DNA from: Chlamydiales bacterium
GTDB lineage: Bacteria; Chlamydiota; Chlamydiia; Chlamydiales; JARBTN01
Direction of reading: 5' to 3'
Assembly: GCA_029240195.1 (NCBI GenBank)
Contig: JARBTN010000002.1
Coordinates: forward strand, 1-46,914
Length of the DNA stretch: 46,914 nt
Shown here in pieces: positions 40,276 to 46,914 of the stretch; the stretch's first letter is position 1; every line of letters begins with the position of its first letter. The notes beneath the pieces are model-generated. The model was given only the letters and a program-made list of their open reading frames with translations, searched no databases and was not told the origin of the DNA. Position numbers and translations under genes: made by a program.

Positions 40276-41580
40276 ATGAGCGTTGAAAAATCTAAAGCGG
40301 CCGACCCCAATGACTATGTCGGACTGGAAAAAACGGAAAAGCCCTTTTCAAAAGTCACTTTTGTGCCCGGCAGCAAAAAAAAATTTCAAGACCTCTTTGA
40401 TAAAAAGAAGAATGCCGGTAAGTCGGGAGGCGAAGGAGAAGACGAGTTTGCCAACTTAGTCGAAAACGGCACATTTGCCAGCCTCCACCCTGAAGAGGCC
40501 CTGATGACTAACGGAGGGGAAAAAGAGGCCTCTATCTTTGCCCTCTCAGCCAAGCCGCCTAAAAAGGAAAAAGAAGAGGGAGTATCGATTTTTAAAATGG
40601 CCTCTCTCAAAGAAGAGGAGCCTACCTCCCCTGGGAAAAATGCCCTGGGCAAGCTCTCAGCAAACGCTCCCTTTGCCGAAACGGCAGAGGAAGAATATGC
40701 CCTCTCTCCAAAGCTACCTCTTGAAAGAGAGGCGGGCGCGCCCCACTTAGGAACAAAAGAAGAAGAGTCTGAATTTTTTTGCGCCGCTGAAGAAGCGCTC
40801 AGCGAGGCTAGGAGCCTTTCGGCTGAAAAAAGTGCCCTCAAGCCAAAACAACAGCCAAAGCAAGCGCTTCCGCTCATGAATCAAAACCTAGATGAAACCC
40901 AGCAAGCCCCCCCCTTGCAGGAAAAAGAGCTCTCTTTATTTTCCGCCTCCAACCCAACTTTAGAGCAGCCCGACGCTCGGCATGCGGCTTTGCCCTCTCC
41001 GGCAAAGCTGAAAAAACAGAAAAAATCCACCTCGACAGCATCGAAAAAAGACCCCTCTCTCGCTGAAGCCAAAGAGATGAGCCTCAAAGCAGATAGCATG
41101 GCAGCATCTCTCAACCGCTCCCTTTCCTTGCCGCCATCGCCCTTTTTTTCAAATGCCATCGCCGCCGCCGAGCCCGCCCCCGCTTCCCATCAAGACATGC
41201 AGGCCGTGATCGAACAAATCTCTTCAGCCCTTTTAAAGCTGACCATGAGCGACCGAGAGGACACCACCTTCACCATTGCCCACCCCCCCCTCTTCGCAGG
41301 CAGCACAGTGACCCTCAGCGAATACCACTGGGCCAATAAAGAGTATAACATCTCCTTTTGCAATCTGTCGATGGAGGCCAAAGCGCTCATCGATCGCGCT
41401 CTGCATCAAGAATCTTTAAAAATGGCTTTACAAGCAAAAGGGCTTTTTGTGCAAAATATCATCTCTTCGCTCGATCCTTATCCCTACTTGCCAGATTTAG
41501 AGCTGGACACATCGGGAAAAACTAAAGATGAGCCAAACAAAGAGACGTCGCATGGACAACAACAAGGTCATTTTCGCTAA
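40276..41580 (+). CDS. cdsP: Needle-length control protein CdsP (SctP, CT671-like)
   Basis: Long low-complexity N-terminus and a T3S4-like C-terminal domain (DTTFTI.HPPLFAGSTVTL.EY...KEYNISFCNL); AAGGAG RBS before ATG 40276. Confidence 0.7.
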   Translation: MSVEKSKAADPNDYVGLEKTEKPFSKVTFVPGSKKKFQDLFDKKKNAGKSGGEGEDEFANLVENGTFASLHPEEALMTNGGEKEASIFALSAKPPKKEKEEGVSIFKMASLKEEEPTSPGKNALGKLSANAPFAETAEEEYALSPKLPLEREAGAPHLGTKEEESEFFCAAEEALSEARSLSAEKSALKPKQQPKQALPLMNQNLDETQQAPPLQEKELSLFSASNPTLEQPDARHAALPSPAKLKKQKKSTSTASKKDPSLAEAKEMSLKADSMAASLNRSLSLPPSPFFSNAIAAAEPAPASHQDMQAVIEQISSALLKLTMSDREDTTFTIAHPPLFAGSTVTLSEYHWANKEYNISFCNLSMEAKALIDRALHQESLKMALQAKGLFVQNIISSLDPYPYLPDLELDTSGKTKDEPNKETSHGQQQGHFR

Positions 41581-41616
41581 CAACTCCCCTTTCACTTCCC
41601 AAGCGAGGCTTACAAA

Positions 41617-42897
41617 GTGACAACTAAAACCGCCCCTTTCACCATCTTACAGCGCCTAAGCCCCGAGCTCTTTGCGCTCGATGAGACTCCTCTTATCGAC
41701 TGCCGCATCCCTTTAGATGAGCTCGCCGAGCAGCTGGTCAGCCGCCTGGGGCTAGAGAGCGCTTCTCTAGAAGTGGCCACTCCTATCTGGCTAGCCCCTC
41801 CAGAACTGTCTACTGGGATGGGATCTCCCCTGCAAGAGACCCACCTGCAGCTGAGCGGGCTCAAAGGCGATCTGACACTGCTTGCCACCGAGCAAGATAT
41901 CGATGCGCTAATCCGCCTTCTTTTAAAGACAGACAGCCATAGCCAATATGGAGAAGAAATCTCTTTTGGCCTCTACCGCTTCTTTCAATTAGAGGCCATG
42001 CAAGCAGTTCAAGAGCTGGCCCAGAAGCACCACTCTCCCTTGCTGCCCCGCCTGACGCATCGGCAAGAGCCGCTTAAAACGCCCAACCTATCCATCGACA
42101 TCCGCGCCCTGCTCGATGGCAAAAAGCTCTTTGCCCGCCTTCTCCTCTCTCAAGAGCTTGTCGAAAGTTTAAGGCAAAGCCAATATGGCAAAGCCTTTCC
42201 CAGCAAAATTGACGCCCTCACCGAAATGAGCTGCCACTTAGAAATCGGCTCTGTCGATCTCTCCTTAACAGAGCTAAATCAACTGGCGATAGGCGATTTT
42301 CTGCTCTTAGACCGCAATTCCTACTCCCCGCAGGAAGAAAAGACGCGCCTTCTCTTAACACTTTTCGGAGTCCCTTTCTTTCGTGCCCGCTTGAAAGGAG
42401 ATAAGCTCAAAATTTTAGAATTTCCATTTTATCAAGAGGATCAATCGATGGGATCAAACTACCAAAAATTCACTCCGGCAGACGCCCATGACGGCCACGA
42501 AGAGCTCGAAAACGAGGAAGACCACGATAAGCTCGAGCTGGATGAAGACCACGATGAACTCGAGCTGGATGAAGACTCTGCCTTTGAAGAAGACAGCGAA
42601 GAAGCTGAGGCGGCTCCAGCAACTCAGCCCGATCAGCAAGAGCAAAAAATCCACGCTTTAAAAGAGATTCCCGTCCATGTCGTCATCGAAGCTGGGCGCA
42701 TTAAGATCCCCTTAAAAAAGCTGCTCGAGCTGCAACCCGGCAATGTCTTGGAGATGAATGTCCGCCCCGAAGAGGGTGTGGACCTAGTGGTCAACGGCCA
42801 GAAGATCGGCCGCGGCGAATTTCTCCTCATCGGAGAAAAAGTTGGCGTGCGCATCCTACAGATGGGAGAGCCCCTCTCCCTGGCCCAAGAGGATTAA
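41617..42897 (+). CDS. sctQ: T3SS C-ring/sorting platform protein CdsQ (SctQ)
   Basis: Two SpoA-like domains (LEIGSVDLS...LAIGDFLLLD; IEAGR...LELQPGNVLE...VDLVVNGQKIGRGE...VGVRIL). Confidence 0.9.
   Translation: MTTKTAPFTILQRLSPELFALDETPLIDCRIPLDELAEQLVSRLGLESASLEVATPIWLAPPELSTGMGSPLQETHLQLSGLKGDLTLLATEQDIDALIRLLLKTDSHSQYGEEISFGLYRFFQLEAMQAVQELAQKHHSPLLPRLTHRQEPLKTPNLSIDIRALLDGKKLFARLLLSQELVESLRQSQYGKAFPSKIDALTEMSCHLEIGSVDLSLTELNQLAIGDFLLLDRNSYSPQEEKTRLLLTLFGVPFFRARLKGDKLKILEFPFYQEDQSMGSNYQKFTPADAHDGHEELENEEDHDKLELDEDHDELELDEDSAFEEDSEEAEAAPATQPDQQEQKIHALKEIPVHVVIEAGRIKIPLKKLLELQPGNVLEMNVRPEEGVDLVVNGQKIGRGEFLLIGEKVGVRILQMGEPLSLAQED
42517..42576 (+). repeat. 27-bp tandem repeat encoding EDHD(K/E)LELD twice
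   Basis: gaagaccacgataagctcgagctggat / gaagaccacgatgaactcgagctggat. Confidence 0.8.
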
Positions 42898-42906
42898 AAG
42901 TCGCTG

Positions 42907-44373
42907 ATGAAACCCGCCGCATCGGTGCCCTCAGAGGAGGGCGCCCGACCCACATCGATCGGTCCCTATGCCATCGAAGGGCTGATCAAGCAAGGCCACA
43001 CAAGCTTGATCTATTTAGCCTCCATGCCCCAAGATCCTTCCCTCTTGGCCATTAAAGTGCTCGCCAAAGCATTTTTAAAGGAACCAGAGATGGTAGACCG
43101 CTTTTTCCAAGAAGCTTCGATCATTGCCCTGGCCCAACACCCCAATATCGTCAAGCTCTACAAATACGGCCGCTGGCAAGAAGGGCTCTATATCGCCATG
43201 GAATACATCCACGGCGTCACGCTTCAAGAGTGGCTAAACCGCCCCCTCTCTTTAAAAAAGGCGCTCGACCTTCTATTGCAAATAGCCTATGCCGTTTGTC
43301 ATCTACATACTCACGGCATCATCCACCGCGACCTCAAGCCTGAAAATATTTTAGTGAATGCTAAAGGTCAGATTAAGCTGATCGATTTTGGCATCGCCCA
43401 CCTGCTCAAAGAAAGAGCCGCTGAAGGAGCCCTTCAAGCCTCCCGCCTCATCGGCACCCCCATCTACATGAGCCCAGAGCAAAGAGCCGATCCCGAATCG
43501 GTCTCCTACCCATCTGATGTCTACTCTCTAGGTATTATCGCCTATGAGCTATTTACTGGCCCCGTGCAAAAAGGGAAAGTACAGCTCTCTAAAGCCCCTC
43601 TCGGACTGCAAAAGATCCTGAGCCGCGCCCTGCAGCCTAAAGTGGAAGAGCGCTACTCAGATATCTTCAGCTTCATCTCCGATATCGTCAGCTACATGCA
43701 GTCAAAAGACTTCAGCGCCGATCAGGAGCAATTTGCCAAGACAGGCCTATTTTTTGAAAACTTCAAGCAGATGGAACAGCGCCTTTTAAACCGGCCCCAT
43801 ACCCATTCTATAGCCGGGTTTAAGCTGCATACAGCCTGCAATGAACTATCCTTAGCTTCGGGCAGCTACTTTTCCCTCTTTTCTAGCCAAAGCCATTCCT
43901 TTCCCCCCCACCTCATCGCCATGCGGGCCGATATCTCCAAAAGGCCCGAAAACGCCCTCAAAGTGCTCTACCTGGCGGGCGCTTACCAAGCGCTCGCTCA
44001 AAACCTACCCTGGCAAAAAGCGCTCGCCTCTTTTGAGCACCAGGGCATCAGCGAAGACATCTCCTTCCTTACCTTAGAGCTTGGCAGCCACATCCGCTAC
44101 TCTATCTTCGGCAAAGGAGAAGCTTGGGCTTGGCATGCCGAGCGCCAGCAATTCAGCCGCTGCCCGCCTCAAGAGGAAAGTCTCGCGCTCCAGCCCAAAG
44201 ACCGCCTTCTCATCCTCTTAACGCCTCAGGCTAAAGCCCCGCTGCCAGAAGCGTTCCTCCTAAAAAATGCCGAGAGTCTGCTCATCCCCTTTACAGAACA
44301 GATTCTCAGCTATATAGAAGCTATTTCTGAAGACAAACAAAATCCATTTTTTATCCTCTGCATTGAAAAATAA
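42907..44373 (+). CDS. pkn5: Ser/Thr protein kinase (Pkn5-like)
   Basis: AIKVL, HPNIV, HRDLKPEN, DFG, GTPIYMSPEQ, SDVYSLG; lies between cdsQ and cdsC. Confidence 0.88.
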   Translation: MKPAASVPSEEGARPTSIGPYAIEGLIKQGHTSLIYLASMPQDPSLLAIKVLAKAFLKEPEMVDRFFQEASIIALAQHPNIVKLYKYGRWQEGLYIAMEYIHGVTLQEWLNRPLSLKKALDLLLQIAYAVCHLHTHGIIHRDLKPENILVNAKGQIKLIDFGIAHLLKERAAEGALQASRLIGTPIYMSPEQRADPESVSYPSDVYSLGIIAYELFTGPVQKGKVQLSKAPLGLQKILSRALQPKVEERYSDIFSFISDIVSYMQSKDFSADQEQFAKTGLFFENFKQMEQRLLNRPHTHSIAGFKLHTACNELSLASGSYFSLFSSQSHSFPPHLIAMRADISKRPENALKVLYLAGAYQALAQNLPWQKALASFEHQGISEDISFLTLELGSHIRYSIFGKGEAWAWHAERQQFSRCPPQEESLALQPKDRLLILLTPQAKAPLPEAFLLKNAESLLIPFTEQILSYIEAISEDKQNPFFILCIEK

Positions 44374-44401
44374 TACGCCTCCTGCCCGCACTTCGAGCCA
44401 G

Positions 44402-44575
44402 AAAAAAGGGGAAAGGCGCTGCCTCTCCCCTTGCACCCCTCTCTGGCAAAGGAGCCAAGGCCCCTTTGCAAACCCTCTAAGGCTTTCTCAAAAGGCAACT
44501 TTTATCAGCGATGAGCCAAAAGACCCTGCCCTTTGGTGGGAGGAGGTTGAAGGAGAAGGGCAATGGCCGCTTCTT
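44402..44575. repeat. Inverted pair of REP-like repeats
   Basis: 44402-44475 (+) closely matches the reverse complement of 4520-4590; a degenerate reverse copy lies at 44511-44575. Confidence 0.65.
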
Positions 44576-44994
44576 AACAAATAATTCACATTTTCTTATG
44601 GAAATAAATAGGGGCATTTTGAAATAAGAGGGAATTTGTACCCTGAGCCGACTACGAGAGCCTTTTCAGAAGCTGCTGCCAAAGGAATTTTTAGGGCTAG
44701 CTGGCTAAGAATACCGGTATCGATCGCTAAATGGGCTCTTTTTTTATAGCACAGGAAAAACGAACTTGAGTATATTCATTCCCTCATTTCGCCCTGTAGC
44801 CGCTCTTATAGAGAGTAAGTATACGTCCTAAAGAGCCAATCTTTAATCCTCTCTACTTGTCTATAAAATACACTTTGAGCTAGACAATAGAGAGGACGGG
44901 TTGATGATGAAAAGATCGCACGCCAAGATTTGAGAAAACCGGTTCTACTTATAAAAAATACAGTCCTAAACCAATACGCAAGAGAAAAAACACC

Positions 44995-46914
44995 GTGAAA
45001 AAATTCCGATTACATTGGTTTCCGGGTCATTGGATCACCTTAGCACTGGCAGCACCCGTCTTACTCAGCTTCGACTCTTCATCTTCAAAAGGTTTGGAAA
45101 GTGCTCAGCAAATAGAGTCTAAAGCCTCTTTAAAAGAAGCTGAAGGCTATATGATCAACTTTAATAACATCCAAATCACTGAATACATCCGCTTCATCAG
45201 CAAAATCAGCGGCAAAAACTTCATCTTTGATGAAAACGAGCTCAAATTTAATGTCACCATCGTCTCAGAGGCGATGACCCAAATCGATGACATCATGGCA
45301 GCTCTCGTTCAGAACTTGCGCATCAAAGGGCTGACCTTATTAGAGCAAGGCAATAACTTGATCATCCATGCCAGCAAAGACGTCGCGCAGCCCTTTCAAG
45401 TGGTCACCGATGAAAACCAGCAGCTGAGCAGCAATGATGAGTTCATCACCCGCGTCTTTCGCGTCATGAATGTCAGCCCCGAAAAGATGGCCGGCATCTT
45501 GCGCCCCATGCTTTCCAAGACTGCCATTTTAGAGGTGCTAAAAGAGGCCCAGCATATCATCGTCACCGATTTGGCCACCAATTTGCCCAAGCTATCTAAA
45601 CTTGTCACCATCTTAGACTCCCCTCATAGCGGCTATGAAATCGGCCAATATTCCGCCTCGGGAACTGTCTTGCCGCTCATTGCACTGGCCGAAAAGATCA
45701 TGACGCCCATCTCGGCCGATAAGACACTCGTATTCATTCCCCATCTGCAAAGCAATAGCATCTATATTGTATCGACCCCGTATCTGGTCGAAAAAACGCT
45801 CACCATCTTGCAGACGCTCGATCGGGGAGATCGCAAGACGCGGATGCTCTCTTTTGAAAACTTACAATTCTCGCCAGAGGCTTTTTTAGAAGAAGAAAAG
45901 GCAAGGCTTGCCAAATCCAAAGAGACTGTCGAGTCGCGCCTCAGCGATCCCATCTCCTTCACTATGCAGCCGATTGGCATCACCGAAGATAGAAAAACCG
46001 ACCAAGCGCCGGTCTCGATCAAAGGAAAAGAGATGATTGAAATGCGCCTCAGCGACAGTGTCGGCTTTGTGCGCGAAGATTCTTCCTTGGTTGAAAAAAG
46101 AGTGCAAGATAACATCACCTTCACCCCCTCCACAGCTCCTCTCGTGCAAGAAGAGCGCGCAGCAGAGGTGGTGCGCATCCAAACTCCAGATGGAGCTGCC
46201 GATGGCGAAGACTTTATGAAGGTAGAAAACGAGCTGCGCCAATTAGAAGATACGCCCCTTTTAAAAAAAGGCATCGACAACACCAGTGATGAGCTGGAGT
46301 GGGAAGATGAGGCGACAGCACTCTCTATCGATGGCCCAAGGCCTATTTTGCCCAAAGCCTTTGAAGTGCGCCTGCAAGAAGAAGCTGTCCGCATCATCCC
46401 ATCCGTCCCTGTGATCGAAAACCGGCAAGAGGACGAGCTGGGCCTGGTCTCTCCTGGAGAGGAGAGCAATGAAGGGCTCGATAAAAAGCGCGCCGACCGG
46501 CGGAGCGGCGACCTTTTACCGCTGGCGACCGACGCCGACTTTTCAACCAGCCCAAGGAATAAATTAGCTAGCGATAAGTGGGCTGAAGACGTTCCATTCA
46601 GCGAATCTGACAGCACCTTATTCTATGTCTACAAGCTAGAGTTTAGAGGGGGCGAGCAGATCGAGTCGGCCTTGAAAAGGATCGGCGCCAGCTTAAAAGA
46701 AAACCGCCGCAGCAATGCCGACCTGATGAATGCTCTGACAAGCGTTCAGCTCATTCCCTCTTCCAACTCCTTAATCTTCTCCGGATCGCCAGCTGCCCTG
46801 CCGCGCATGGTGGAGCTGATTCAAAGCATGGACGTGCCCCTCCGGCAGGTGCTCATCGAAGTGCTGGTCCTCGATACCAGCATCAGCGACTCGGTCAATT
46901 TTGGCGTCAGCTCT
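44995..46914 (+). CDS. cdsC: T3SS secretin CdsC (SctC), 3'-truncated by the window edge
   Basis: Not in the ORF track because there is no stop codon in the window. GTG start, signal-peptide-like N-terminus, GYMINFNNI...YIRFISKISGKNFIFDE.ELKFNVTIVSE, and later DVPLRQVLIEVLVLDT at the start of the secretin domain. Confidence 0.92.
   Translation, partial: MKKFRLHWFPGHWITLALAAPVLLSFDSSSSKGLESAQQIESKASLKEAEGYMINFNNIQITEYIRFISKISGKNFIFDENELKFNVTIVSEAMTQIDDIMAALVQNLRIKGLTLLEQGNNLIIHASKDVAQPFQVVTDENQQLSSNDEFITRVFRVMNVSPEKMAGILRPMLSKTAILEVLKEAQHIIVTDLATNLPKLSKLVTILDSPHSGYEIGQYSASGTVLPLIALAEKIMTPISADKTLVFIPHLQSNSIYIVSTPYLVEKTLTILQTLDRGDRKTRMLSFENLQFSPEAFLEEEKARLAKSKETVESRLSDPISFTMQPIGITEDRKTDQAPVSIKGKEMIEMRLSDSVGFVREDSSLVEKRVQDNITFTPSTAPLVQEERAAEVVRIQTPDGAADGEDFMKVENELRQLEDTPLLKKGIDNTSDELEWEDEATALSIDGPRPILPKAFEVRLQEEAVRIIPSVPVIENRQEDELGLVSPGEESNEGLDKKRADRRSGDLLPLATDADFSTSPRNKLASDKWAEDVPFSESDSTLFYVYKLEFRGGEQIESALKRIGASLKENRRSNADLMNALTSVQLIPSSNSLIFSGSPAALPRMVELIQSMDVPLRQVLIEVLVLDTSISDSVNFGVSS

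Noticed and set aside
45762-46616. 284-aa minus-strand ORF
   Set aside because: Antisense shadow of cdsC.

Overview
This window comes from a bacterium of the phylum Chlamydiota, most likely an environmental lineage outside the Chlamydiaceae; this is inferred from gene order and from the chlamydial-type Cds T3SS genes. The left half is housekeeping genes with a few accessory genes: an ankyrin protein, a Sel1-like protein, amn, efp-epmA, nadE with an Rsm22-like methyltransferase, tRNA-Leu, DUF155, yidD, a LysM protein, pckG, two unknown repeat-domain paralogs, mreB, a SWIM/SNF2 helicase, three tRNA-Gly genes, tig, clpP and clpX. The right half is about 22 kb of co-oriented type III secretion genes. 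Three uncharacterised genes precede an LcrH/SycD chaperone and CopB/CopD-like translocators, followed by scc4, cdsD, E, F, G, a CT668-like gene, cdsN, O, P, Q, pkn5 and cdsC (truncated at the window edge and missing from the ORF track). The most notable observations are: (1) a putative T3SS tip/filament module, made of one tip-like gene and two tandem paralogs with a conserved coiled-coil scaffold and a swapped variable insert; (2) a 161-bp foldback MITE-like element with a CTAAG target duplication at the scc4 stop codon; (3) a dispersed REP/REPIN-like repeat family; (4) an unrecognised ~170-190 aa domain present three times in two candidate effectors; (5) an internal SD+ATG in cdsQ. All family assignments come from motif recognition and synteny by eye; no searches were run.
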